From Gammaproteobacteria bacterium (GTDB lineage: Bacteria > Pseudomonadota > Gammaproteobacteria > GCA-001735895): a stretch of 64,000 bases of DNA. A program made the translations under genes and the position numbers. Where the stretch lies: positions 861 to 64,860 of the forward strand of contig JACNJF010000194.1 of the NCBI GenBank assembly GCA_014382695.1. Reading direction: 5' to 3'. The notes under the pieces were generated by a model. It did no database searches. It worked only from the letters and a program-made list of their open reading frames with translations, and had not been told where the DNA came from. Positions 1 through 9,034 of this stretch are shown here, one piece after another (positions within the stretch are counted from its first letter, which is position 1; the number at the start of each line of letters is the position of its first letter).

Positions 1-284
1 GTAGTGCGGTATTCATGGAAGAGCAAGGCCATGCTTTGAATATGCGATATAGCCGACGCAAACACAATATTATCTGGTCCGATGATGTGCTGACGCAGGA
101 GGCGCTGGATTGTCTGGATGGGTTTCTGGAGTCGGACTCACCCTACCATGTACGCTACCGTCTGAATCAGGGCGAAGGTGTTATGTGTAATAATGTATTG
201 CATACACGCACTGCCTTTACCGACAGTGCTGAACATAAGCGAGTTTATTATCGGGCTCGATACTACAACCGAATTGAATGTTAG
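1..284 (+). CDS. TauD/TfdA-like (clavaminate-synthase-like) Fe(II)/2OG dioxygenase, C-terminal fragment; 5' end lies outside the window
   Basis: The ORF runs to the window edge with no in-frame stop. The C-terminal pattern GEGVMCNNVLHTRTAF...KRVYYRARY resembles the TauD-family motif W.PGD.V.WDNR...H.R.A...R...R. Confidence 0.45.
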   Translation, partial: SAVFMEEQGHALNMRYSRRKHNIIWSDDVLTQEALDCLDGFLESDSPYHVRYRLNQGEGVMCNNVLHTRTAFTDSAEHKRVYYRARYYNRIEC

Positions 285-296
285 AGAGAGAATTTT

Positions 297-485
297 ATGC
301 TGTGGCTAAGTGAAGTACTACTGCAAAACCCGCAACTGGAGTCGTTTGAAGATCTACAGGATGTCATTTCTAAGCGCGCGGCTGCGGGAGAGCGTTTTTT
401 CAGAATGGATTTAAAACCGCCGTTCAGCGATACCCCCGGAAACTGGGAAGATCGCCTGGAAGCTGTTTTTACCGCAGTACGCTAA
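297..485 (+). CDS. hypothetical small protein (62 aa)
   Basis: ORF lies between two same-strand genes, has a weak SD and no recognisable motif, and is in the same frame as both flanking ORFs. Confidence 0.3.
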   Translation: MLWLSEVLLQNPQLESFEDLQDVISKRAAAGERFFRMDLKPPFSDTPGNWEDRLEAVFTAVR

Positions 486-503
486 AGCAGGGGAGTCAAT
501 TCT

Positions 504-1196
504 ATGTACTGGCAGGAAGATCAGGATAAAGGTGAGCACTTCGTTGTTCCAGATGATGTAGTGGACCTACTGTTCAGTATCGAGTGCAGAGATCTGCCGC
601 TGGATCATGGCTTTGTACTGTCACAGCAGATCATAAAAAATCTGCCCTGGATACAGGAAGAGCCGCAGGCAGGCATCCATCAGATACATGTGGCCGAATC
701 GGCGAATGGCTGGATGCGTCCGGAAAATACTGAAACCGAAGTGCTGTGTGTTTCTCGTCGTACTAAAATGACACTACGATTGCCAGCCAGCAGACTGGAT
801 GAGGCAACAGCATTGACTGGAAAAACGCTCGACATACAGGGCCATGCGTTGACGGTAGGGCGTTTCTCTACCCGCAAACTGAGTCGATTAACCACTATAT
901 TTGCGCGTTATGTGGATACCCTCGGTAGCGATGACGAAACCGAGTTCCTGGAGTCGATGCAGCAACAACTGTTGCAGAAAGGCATCCGGGTTAAGAAGAT
1001 GATGAGTGGAAGGCTGCTCACCCATCAAAGCGATGAAGGCATCATCCTCACCCGTAAACTGATGGTTAGCGACCTGACCGTTGAAGAGTCTGTGCTGCTG
1101 CAGGAGCAGGGCATAGGCGACCGAAAATTAATGGGAATGGGTATCTTTATGCCACATAAGGGCATAGATGCGGTGAATAAAAAGCAGGAAGGCTAG
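504..1196 (+). CDS. hypothetical protein with a Cas6/RAMP-like C-terminal glycine-rich loop (GIGDRKLMGMGIF)
   Basis: A strong SD (AGCAGGGGAG) lies 7 nt upstream of the ATG. The C-terminal motif QEQGIGDRKLMGMGIFMP closely resembles the CasE G-loop GIGPAKSMGCGLL and the Cas6f G-loop GLSKGGFVPWF. No cas genes or repeats are nearby. Confidence 0.6.
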   Translation: MYWQEDQDKGEHFVVPDDVVDLLFSIECRDLPLDHGFVLSQQIIKNLPWIQEEPQAGIHQIHVAESANGWMRPENTETEVLCVSRRTKMTLRLPASRLDEATALTGKTLDIQGHALTVGRFSTRKLSRLTTIFARYVDTLGSDDETEFLESMQQQLLQKGIRVKKMMSGRLLTHQSDEGIILTRKLMVSDLTVEESVLLQEQGIGDRKLMGMGIFMPHKGIDAVNKKQEG

Positions 1197-1301
1197 TCAC
1201 TTACTATAACCAATGGGATAAGTGACTTTTCTAAAAACTTGTGGGAAAGTACTGCCCGAATTATTCCATTGATAACAACTTAACGATATTGAGGCATACC
1301 T

Positions 1302-1622
1302 ATGGCACTTGAGTCAGTCGAAAGAACAGAAAAAGGTTACCTGGTCAATTCAAATGACTGGAATGAAGAAATCGCAGCAGAGCTTTTTGCAGAAGAAGGC
1401 ATTACTCCTACCAAAGAACACTGGGATATCATCAAGTACGTGCGTGAGGAAACGCTGGGTGGAGATGAGCCGAATGAGCGTAGCATCATGAAAGCGATGG
1501 GCAAGATCTGGGGGCGCAAGGTGAGCTCGAAGGAAATGTATGAAATGTTTCCCCTTATGCCGTCCAAGCAGGGTCTGAAGATTGGTGGTTGTCCGCAAAG
1601 TACCCGTAAAGGCGGTTATTGA
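1302..1622 (+). CDS. tusE: TusE/DsrC-family sulfur relay protein
   Basis: The sequence aligns with E. coli TusE: EGYL..W.E..A...AE.EGI.....HW....VR, then the LFP/MFP motif followed by KQGLKIGG-C. The Cys is conserved but the C-terminus is extended relative to canonical GLPKPxxC-x. Confidence 0.7.
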   Translation: MALESVERTEKGYLVNSNDWNEEIAAELFAEEGITPTKEHWDIIKYVREETLGGDEPNERSIMKAMGKIWGRKVSSKEMYEMFPLMPSKQGLKIGGCPQSTRKGGY

Positions 1623-1769
1623 TTCAAGATTTTCTGTGAGAGTATTGCTGAAGTAGTGGATAAAAAGGTATTTTCTACCACCTTAGTAATAGTGACGTAA
1701 AGCGACTATTCGCTTACTCTTTCGCCATCTTACAGGTTTATTAGCACACAGTTTGCAGAGGAAGAATTT

Positions 1770-1973
1770 ATGAGCGACAAAGCGGCAAAGATTCAAGAGC
1801 TGATCGAAATGCAGAAAAAATTTATTGCATACGAACAAAAAAATGGCGTTAACTTCAAAGACTATTTCACACCAGAAGCTGGTCATGAGTTAGATGGTTA
1901 CCGTCAATCTTATATGGATAAGGCGATGGAACTGGTCGATATTGCGCATGCGGAAAAAGGATCGCATCGTTAA
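1770..1973 (+). CDS. hypothetical small protein (67 aa)
   Basis: ORF is followed directly by a rho-independent terminator, with a purine-rich region upstream (GCAGAGGAAGAA). Confidence 0.45.
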   Translation: MSDKAAKIQELIEMQKKFIAYEQKNGVNFKDYFTPEAGHELDGYRQSYMDKAMELVDIAHAEKGSHR

Positions 1974-1997
1974 TCTACAATTTAATACCTGGTCCCA

Positions 1998-2026
1998 GAA
2001 AAGCCGCTTTCTAGCGGCTTTTTTTA
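1998..2026 (+). terminator. rho-independent terminator
   Basis: Stem gaaaagccgc / gcggctttt with loop tttcta, followed by a T-run. Confidence 0.8.
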
Positions 2027-2190
2027 TGGCTGGCTCAAAAAGTTTTAAGCTTTATCTATAGCTCCTGTTATATGGTCAAAAGGGTGGGAATATAAATCAG
2101 ACGTGATTTAAGGTCTTTGTTCTATACTTTATTTATCTAAACCTGTTTACTCAGACTGGAACAACCTGAATCACACTAAAAACGGCACGT

Positions 2191-5100
2191 ATGATTTTAG
2201 CGCAACCATTAACTCGACCGGATATAGGGATGCATCAGTCTATCTCTGTTGGCATCAATGGCTTATTCCATGATCTCGAATATAGTTTAAGTTTACTTTT
2301 CAATATATTGATTTATTTAGTATTTGTATCAATATTTCTGCTGTCTTCTGTTGCATTTGCCAATCAGGCACCTGGTTTTGTGGCAACCTCTTTACTACGC
2401 GTAGCCCTCGATGATAACTATCCACCATACGTCATGCGTAGGACTGATGGTTCAGTTGAAGGTTACCTGATCGATGAATGGAAGTTGTGGGAAGCTAAAA
2501 CCGGTGTCAAAGTCGAGCTGATTGCGACGGACTGGGCGCAGGCAAAAAAAAACATGGCAGAGGGCCGCTCCGATGTGATTGATACTATCTTCCGCACGTC
2601 TGAGAGGGAAACCCGACTGGAATTCAGTGCGCCATACGCGACCTTGCCCGTTTCCATCTATACGATTTCGAAACTGCTCGGTATCAATGATATCAACGGA
2701 CTGGAAGGCTTTCGGGTGGGTGTAAAGGATGGTGATGCCTGTGTCGACAGGCTGCGTGCCGGCGGAATTACCGATATAAAGCCTTATACCGATTATGAAA
2801 CCCTGTTGCAGGCAGTTCTGGCTGAGAAGGTGCATGTTTTCTGTATGGATGATCCCCCTGCCAATTATCTTATTTTCCGGGCTGGAGCCGAACACAAGCT
2901 ACTCAAGGCTTTTAGCCTGTATAGCGGAGAGTTTCATCGTGCCGTGCGCAAAGGTGATAGCGCGACTCTGGCTCTGGTTGAGTCGGGATTTGCAGCGATT
3001 ACAGCGCCTGAGCGTGAAGCGTTGCAGGATAAGTGGATGGGACAGAGCCTGCAAAATCCATTGCTACGCAATCTCATTTATTACCTTGTTATTGCTGCGA
3101 TCCTGGCGGTGTTACTGCTGGTCGTATCACTCATACTTCGCCATCTGGTGAGAGTACGCACAGCCGCTCTGGTCACTTCACAAAATAAACTGCAGGCGAC
3201 ACTGGATGCGTTACCGGACCTCTTGTTTGAGATGGATATCAACGGGTGTTATCTCGCTTACCACTCTCCCCGCACCGATTTACTGGCGCTTCCTGTCGAG
3301 CATTTTCTGGGCAAGAAAAACGATGAATTATTGCCGCCCGAAGTGGCTAAAATTGGCATGGAGGCAATACAAGAAGCCGCACAAATGGGCTTTTCCTCGG
3401 GCCGCCAGTTTGAGTTAAGGCTCGGTGGTGTGATTCACTGGTTTGAGCTATCGGTTGCTCGAAAATCGGGTGAGGCTGGCAAACTTCCTTCCTTCGTCGT
3501 ACTTTCTCGTGATATCACCTCACGTAAGCTGGCAGAGTTACAGGTTGCCCGTTTGACCCGTCTATACGCAGCCTTAAGTCAGTGCAACCAGGCGATAGTA
3601 CGTTGCACAACTGAAGCTGAGCTGTTTACCCAGATTTGCCGCGATGCGGTGAATTTTGGTGGGATGAAAATGGCCTGGATCGGTTTGATGGACGAAACCA
3701 CCAACAGTGTTAATCCAGTGGCCGCTTTTGGCGAGGGAATTAAGTATCTGGAGGGACTGGAGATTTCCCTGGATGCGAATTCAGCCAGTGGTCGTGGCCC
3801 GACCGGAATCGCCTTACGCGAAGACCGGCCTTACTGGTGCCAGGATTTTGAGCAGGATCCGGCTACTGCACTTTGGCATGAGCGCGCTGCAGAGTTTGGC
3901 TGGAAATCATCGGCGGCATTACCTCTTTACCGCAACAATATCATCATCGGTGCCTTTAATCTGTATGAAGATAGTGTCGATGCGTTTGATGAGGCCGCGC
4001 AAAACCTGCTGGTCGAAATGGCAACCGATATCAGCTATGCGCTGACCAATTTTGCCCATCAGCAAGCGCGCCAGCAGGCGGAACATGAACGTGAACAGTT
4101 GCTGCAACGAGAACAGCAGGCACGCAATGAAGCCGATAAAACGCGCCGGACCATCAGCGATATCATCGGTAGAATCAGTGATGGCTTCGTCGCACTGGAC
4201 AGAAACTGGTGCTACACCTATGTCAATTCTCAGGCTGCTGAGATGTTTGATCGTAGCGTAGAACAACTAGTCGGTAAGCATATCTGGACAGAGTTCCCCG
4301 AAGGGGTGGGGCAAAAATTTCAACTGGCCTACGAAAAAGCGATGCATGAGCAGAAACCAGCTTTTTTTGAGGAGTATTATCCACCTTATAAGCGCTGGTT
4401 TGAGAATCACATCTATCCATCCCCGGATGGGATATCGATTTACTTTCACGATGTCACCGAACGCAAGCGCATAGAGCAGGCATTACGCGAAAGTGAACAG
4501 GCTTACCGCGCTACTTTTGAGCAGGCCGCTGTGGGTATTGCAAATGTAGCAGCCGATGGGACCTGGCTCGAGGTTAATAACCGGCTGGCTGAGATTGTCG
4601 GCTATACGCATGATGAGTTACTCGAGTTGACCTTTCAGGACATCACGCATCCGGCTGATCTACAGAAAGATCTGGACAGTGTGCATCGGTTACTGGCTGG
4701 AGAAATCGATACCTACAAAATGGAGAAGCGCTATATCCGTAAGTCAGGTGACTTCATATGGATACAGTTAACTGCTTCGCTGGTGAAAAATGATGACGGA
4801 TCGCCCAAATACTTTATTTCAGTAATAGAGGATATCCATCAGCGTAAACTTGATGAGGTTCAATTGCATAAATTGTCGATCGTGGTTGAGCAAAGCCCCA
4901 ATCCCATCATGATTACCGATCTGGACACCAAGATTGAGTATGTGAATGCAGCTTTCAATCAAGTCTCCGGTTACAGTTCAGACGAAGCGCTGGGGAAAAC
5001 ACCGCAATTATTAAAATCAGGCGAGACTCCCATCGAGGTCTATCAGGATATGTGGGCACATCTTTTACGCGGTGAGGTATGGCGTGGAGAACTAACCAAT

Positions 5101-6531
5101 CAACGCAAGGATGGCAGCGTGTATGACGAGCTGGCGATCATTTCGCCGGTGCGTGATGCCAATGGAACTATCACCAATTATCTCGGCATCAAGGAAAACA
5201 TTACCGAGAAAAAGCATGCTGAAGCGCGCATTCAGCAACTGGCCTATTTTGACCAACTCACCGGCCTGCCCAATCGCAGCCAGTTGATTGACCGCTTCAA
5301 TTCTGCACTCAGTTTTGCGCAACGTAATACTGAGAAATTGGCGCTCATGTTTCTGGATCTGGATCATTTCAAGAATATCAATGACACCCTGGGGCATAGT
5401 ATTGGAGATAAATTACTGGTAAAGGTTGCGCACCGGCTTAAACGTATCCTGCGCGAAGAGGACACTTTATCGAGGCTGGGCGGTGATGAGTTCATCCTGT
5501 TATTGCCAAATACCGAGGAAGATGAAGCGCGCCAGATTGCGATTAAACTGATTGAAGCGATTGCTCTACCGTTTCAGCTTGATCAGTATGAACTGGGAAG
5601 TACGCTGTCGATAGGTATTGCGATCTACCCGCTTGATGGCGAAGACTTTGAAACACTGCTACGCAATGCGGATACCGCAATGTACCGGGTGAAACAGGCC
5701 GCGCGTAACGATTTCTGTTTCTTTACCGAGGAGATGCAACTGCATTCTGCGCGCGCATTGAAACTACTGAATGCATTACGTCATGCGCTGGCACGGAATG
5801 AACTGCAGCTACATTATCAGCCACAAATAGAGTTGGTCAGTGGAAGGGTGATTGGTGCGGAAGCCTTACTGCGTTGGAACAATGCTGAGCTGGGTATGAT
5901 TTCACCGGCTGAGTTTATCCCGATTGCGGAAGAGAGTGGACTGATTTTACCGATCGGTGAATGGGTGTTGCGCAGCGCAGTGACTCAGATGAAGCGCTGG
6001 ATGGATGACGGCCTGGCACCGATTGTCGTAGCCGTGAATCTGTCCGTGGTGCAGTTTCGTCATCCTAATCTGACCGACCTGGTCACACGGATACTGAAAC
6101 AGGCTGGTTTGCCGGCGCAGTATCTGGAGCTGGAGTTGACCGAGGCGGTTGCGATGAAAGATCCACAGGGTGCTATTGGAGTGATGAACCGATTGCATGA
6201 GCAAGGTATCCAGATGTCGATCGATGACTTTGGAACCGGTTATTCCAGTTTGAGTTATCTAAAGAAATTCAAGATTGCCAAACTCAAAATCGACCAGTCA
6301 TTTGTACGCGATATTATTGATGATCCGGATGATAGGGCGATTGTGGTTGCGATCATCAATCTGGCCCGTAGTCTGGGTATCCAAACCCTTGCCGAAGGGG
6401 TCGAAACGGAGCATCAGCAGTCACTCCTGCAGGCCCAGGGCTGTGATGAAGTGCAGGGTTATTACTACAGCAGACCGCTGCCGGCGGATCAGTTTGAAGC
6501 CTATGTGCGGAATAAGACAGGCTTAAATTGA
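2191..6531 (+). CDS. sensor diguanylate cyclase/phosphodiesterase: periplasmic SBP (family 3)-like domain, TM, GAF/PAS, three PAS/PAC, GGDEF, EAL
   Basis: Signal/TM segment LIYLVFVSIFLLSSVAFA. A solute-binding-like domain precedes a second TM. The GGDEF motif RLGGDEF is intact with an RxxD I-site (REED), and the EAL motifs EALLRW and DDFGTGYSSL are intact. The true start may lie downstream of 2191. Confidence 0.9.
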   Translation: MILAQPLTRPDIGMHQSISVGINGLFHDLEYSLSLLFNILIYLVFVSIFLLSSVAFANQAPGFVATSLLRVALDDNYPPYVMRRTDGSVEGYLIDEWKLWEAKTGVKVELIATDWAQAKKNMAEGRSDVIDTIFRTSERETRLEFSAPYATLPVSIYTISKLLGINDINGLEGFRVGVKDGDACVDRLRAGGITDIKPYTDYETLLQAVLAEKVHVFCMDDPPANYLIFRAGAEHKLLKAFSLYSGEFHRAVRKGDSATLALVESGFAAITAPEREALQDKWMGQSLQNPLLRNLIYYLVIAAILAVLLLVVSLILRHLVRVRTAALVTSQNKLQATLDALPDLLFEMDINGCYLAYHSPRTDLLALPVEHFLGKKNDELLPPEVAKIGMEAIQEAAQMGFSSGRQFELRLGGVIHWFELSVARKSGEAGKLPSFVVLSRDITSRKLAELQVARLTRLYAALSQCNQAIVRCTTEAELFTQICRDAVNFGGMKMAWIGLMDETTNSVNPVAAFGEGIKYLEGLEISLDANSASGRGPTGIALREDRPYWCQDFEQDPATALWHERAAEFGWKSSAALPLYRNNIIIGAFNLYEDSVDAFDEAAQNLLVEMATDISYALTNFAHQQARQQAEHEREQLLQREQQARNEADKTRRTISDIIGRISDGFVALDRNWCYTYVNSQAAEMFDRSVEQLVGKHIWTEFPEGVGQKFQLAYEKAMHEQKPAFFEEYYPPYKRWFENHIYPSPDGISIYFHDVTERKRIEQALRESEQAYRATFEQAAVGIANVAADGTWLEVNNRLAEIVGYTHDELLELTFQDITHPADLQKDLDSVHRLLAGEIDTYKMEKRYIRKSGDFIWIQLTASLVKNDDGSPKYFISVIEDIHQRKLDEVQLHKLSIVVEQSPNPIMITDLDTKIEYVNAAFNQVSGYSSDEALGKTPQLLKSGETPIEVYQDMWAHLLRGEVWRGELTNQRKDGSVYDELAIISPVRDANGTITNYLGIKENITEKKHAEARIQQLAYFDQLTGLPNRSQLIDRFNSALSFAQRNTEKLALMFLDLDHFKNINDTLGHSIGDKLLVKVAHRLKRILREEDTLSRLGGDEFILLLPNTEEDEARQIAIKLIEAIALPFQLDQYELGSTLSIGIAIYPLDGEDFETLLRNADTAMYRVKQAARNDFCFFTEEMQLHSARALKLLNALRHALARNELQLHYQPQIELVSGRVIGAEALLRWNNAELGMISPAEFIPIAEESGLILPIGEWVLRSAVTQMKRWMDDGLAPIVVAVNLSVVQFRHPNLTDLVTRILKQAGLPAQYLELELTEAVAMKDPQGAIGVMNRLHEQGIQMSIDDFGTGYSSLSYLKKFKIAKLKIDQSFVRDIIDDPDDRAIVVAIINLARSLGIQTLAEGVETEHQQSLLQAQGCDEVQGYYYSRPLPADQFEAYVRNKTGLN

Positions 6532-6547
6532 TGTTGTCTCGATCCGC

Positions 6548-7219
6548 TTAAAGTTCGACCCAGCGCCGCACCAGATTATTAAAGGTAGCACTAATCTTAC
6601 GGGTCGCTTCTGAGTTGGGTAATTCTTTATACAGCATTTCACGTGCCTGATTCAGCTCGTAAAGCATTTCGCGTTTTGCTGGATCGCGCACGGTACTTTG
6701 TGACCAGGTGACCGCAACCAGTCGAACTCCACTGGTAACCGGCGCGACATAATGACGACTATGCGACGGGTACATCACTGCAGAACCGGCTTGCAGCTTG
6801 ATCTGCCTTTCACCATAGCTATCCATGATGGTCAGTTCGCCCCCTTCATAGTCTTCCGGATCGGATAAGAAAATGGTGGTTGAGACATCGGTGCGGTAGA
6901 GTTCTCCCTGACCCATGATCGGATCATCGACATGTTCACCATACGCCATACCCTGTTCATAACGCACATAAAACGGGGCCGCGACACGTTTTGGCCACAC
7001 CACCGCCTTAAATTTCGGGTGGCGCACCAGGTTACCCATTACCAATTCATTGAGTTCATTAAAATGGCTCGATTGCGGATTCATTTCCTGATTATTTTTG
7101 ACCCCCCTGGCCATCATGCCTGCAGAAAGCCTGCCATCGACGAAAGGGGAATCCTGCAGTAACTGCCTTATTTTAGTCAGGTTTTGTGCGGATATAAGGT
7201 GATCAATAGAAGCTAACAT
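6548..7219 (-). CDS. ybiX: PKHD-type Fe(II)/2OG hydroxylase (YbiX/PiuC-like)
   Basis: Length of about 223 aa and overall similarity to the YbiX family (2OG-Fe(II) oxygenase fold). Confidence 0.75.
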   Translation of the reverse strand: MLASIDHLISAQNLTKIRQLLQDSPFVDGRLSAGMMARGVKNNQEMNPQSSHFNELNELVMGNLVRHPKFKAVVWPKRVAAPFYVRYEQGMAYGEHVDDPIMGQGELYRTDVSTTIFLSDPEDYEGGELTIMDSYGERQIKLQAGSAVMYPSHSRHYVAPVTSGVRLVAVTWSQSTVRDPAKREMLYELNQAREMLYKELPNSEATRKISATFNNLVRRWVEL

Positions 7220-7253
7220 AGGTATAATGACTCAAAAATTGACAGGAAAACGC

Positions 7254-7574
7254 ATGATACTGAATATCCTAATTGAAGACCAAAGTTATCCCGTGGAAGT
7301 GCCGGAGGCGATTGTGATGGAAGCCGGTGATTATTTTCAGACTCTGGACAAAGATATGGACAAGGGCTGGCAGATGAGTCGAAGCTGGGTGGATAAGCCC
7401 AATGTCGAGCAGCGTTGTCAGATCGTGGCCGACCGGATTCTGGGTGCATTTGAGCAGGAAAATAAAGCCTCACTGGTGATGCTGTCGGCGTATATCCTGT
7501 CGCGCTACCCGAGCGTGAAGAGCGTTTCGATTAGTACCGATGGTGAAATGCAGGAAACTTCTTTCGACTTTTAA
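7254..7574 (+). CDS. hypothetical protein
   Basis: An ORF-track ATG sits at 7227. A better start is at 7254, which has AGGAAA 3 nt upstream. The gene is divergent from the ybiX-like gene. Confidence 0.45.
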   Translation: MILNILIEDQSYPVEVPEAIVMEAGDYFQTLDKDMDKGWQMSRSWVDKPNVEQRCQIVADRILGAFEQENKASLVMLSAYILSRYPSVKSVSISTDGEMQETSFDF

Positions 7575-7655
7575 AGGTTTTTTTTAAATCCAGGCTGCGC
7601 TGTCTTGCTAACCCGCTTAGCAATGCTGTTCTGACGGTGCCCATCGAAACGGTGT

Positions 7656-8657
7656 ATGGTGTTGAAGCAAATTTACCTCTCTCTGATATTCCTGTTCAGC
7701 GTGCCGTTAAGCGCGCAGACGGCTTGCTGGGAGATAGAAAATAACGACCAGCGTCTGGCTTGCTACGACCAGCAGGAACAAGCTGCCGAAGACGCGCTAC
7801 CTCTGGACCGGATCAAAAGCCGGAAAACACCGGAGGAGGGTGAATACTCGCTGTTGAATGAGCGCTGGGAGCTGGATCAGGATCTGGTGCAATACGCCTT
7901 TCGTGCCTATAAACCGGTTTATTTTCTGCCTATTGCCTACAGCTCAGATGTGAATACATCACCACGCACCAATAATCCCATCACAAGCGTTACCGATGAA
8001 CTCAACATCGATCATCTGGAAGCGCGACTGCAGCTCAGTTTCAAAACCAAATTGATCAACGATGTGATTGGTGATAATGGGGATCTGTGGTTCGGCTATA
8101 CCCAGTCATCACACTGGCAACTGTACAATACCGCAGAGTCGCGCGCGTTCCGTGAAACCAATCATGAGCCCGAGTTCATGTTTGTGTGGCGTACCGATTA
8201 CAGCCTGTTCGGTTTTCATGGCAGGATGCTCAGTTTGAGCCTGAATCATCAATCCAACGGTCAGGATGAACCCCTTTCACGTAGCTGGAACCGCATTATT
8301 CTGACCGTCGGTTTTGACCGTCCGGACTGGGTGGTGCAACTGCGCCCCTGGTGGCGGATACCGGAACGGTCTGCGGAAGAGGATGAAAACCCGGATATTG
8401 AAGATAGTATTGGGCGTGGCGAACTGCTGATCGTTCACCGCAAGAAAAACTCACATCAGATTGCGACCCAGATACGTCACTCATTCGAGCGTCTGGAACA
8501 GGCTCAGGGGTCGATTAAGGTGGACTGGTCTTATCCCTGTTTTCATCGACTGCGCTGTCATGCTCAGGTCTTTCACGGCTATGGTGAAAGCCTGATCGAC
8601 TTTAATCATAAAACCACCAGTGTTGGCCTCGGTGTCGCCTTAGTGGAATGGTTTTAA
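7656..8657 (+). CDS. pldA: outer membrane phospholipase A (OMPLA)
   Basis: Signal peptide is present, and the catalytic region LNHQSNGQDEPLSRSWNRI matches E. coli PldA (HESNG...SRSWNR). Confidence 0.85.
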   Translation: MVLKQIYLSLIFLFSVPLSAQTACWEIENNDQRLACYDQQEQAAEDALPLDRIKSRKTPEEGEYSLLNERWELDQDLVQYAFRAYKPVYFLPIAYSSDVNTSPRTNNPITSVTDELNIDHLEARLQLSFKTKLINDVIGDNGDLWFGYTQSSHWQLYNTAESRAFRETNHEPEFMFVWRTDYSLFGFHGRMLSLSLNHQSNGQDEPLSRSWNRIILTVGFDRPDWVVQLRPWWRIPERSAEEDENPDIEDSIGRGELLIVHRKKNSHQIATQIRHSFERLEQAQGSIKVDWSYPCFHRLRCHAQVFHGYGESLIDFNHKTTSVGLGVALVEWF

Positions 8658-9034
8658 GTTTTTCTCAATAGCGCTTACGTGCGATAGTTTATTGTTTAAA
8701 ACGACCACTTCAGTGCAAAGCTGACAGTCTATTTTAAGAAAGTCTGGTTATTTAAATTACTCACGCTTCCAGAGGTGCGCCATTTAATTCTGGATGTTAT
8801 AGGAAACAGGGGTTTCAGGCATTATCGCCAGGTGTCTACTATCTACCAATGGCTCTTTCTTCTTTTATCCACGTTAAGCCCTGTAATTTTCAATTTAACA
8901 GTGGTTTAAACTCTAAATGTCTCACTACATGAAGGCGTTCAACAAAATTATTAGCAAGTAGCCACAAGTTATTAGAACAGGAATAAGTCTCATTTATACT
9001 GCATCCATTCATAGTCACCCACCAGGTATACAGT

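Noticed and set aside
1197-1301. Searched for CRISPR repeats flanking the Cas6-like gene.
   Set aside because: I saw no direct repeats of 24-40 bp in the intergenic sequences around 1-2200, so there is no array here.
2452-2895. 147-aa minus-strand ORF, together with many other antisense ORFs listed in the track inside large genes (for example 9979-10503, 38442-39020, 43149-43556, 49815-50261).
   Set aside because: These lie entirely inside well-supported genes on the opposite strand and have biased, Arg/Ser/Pro-rich composition typical of shadow ORFs.
8658-9034. 377-bp intergenic region upstream of maeB as a possible ncRNA or mobile remnant.
   Set aside because: I found no repeats, no inverted termini and no conserved-looking structure. 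It is probably an ordinary long promoter region.
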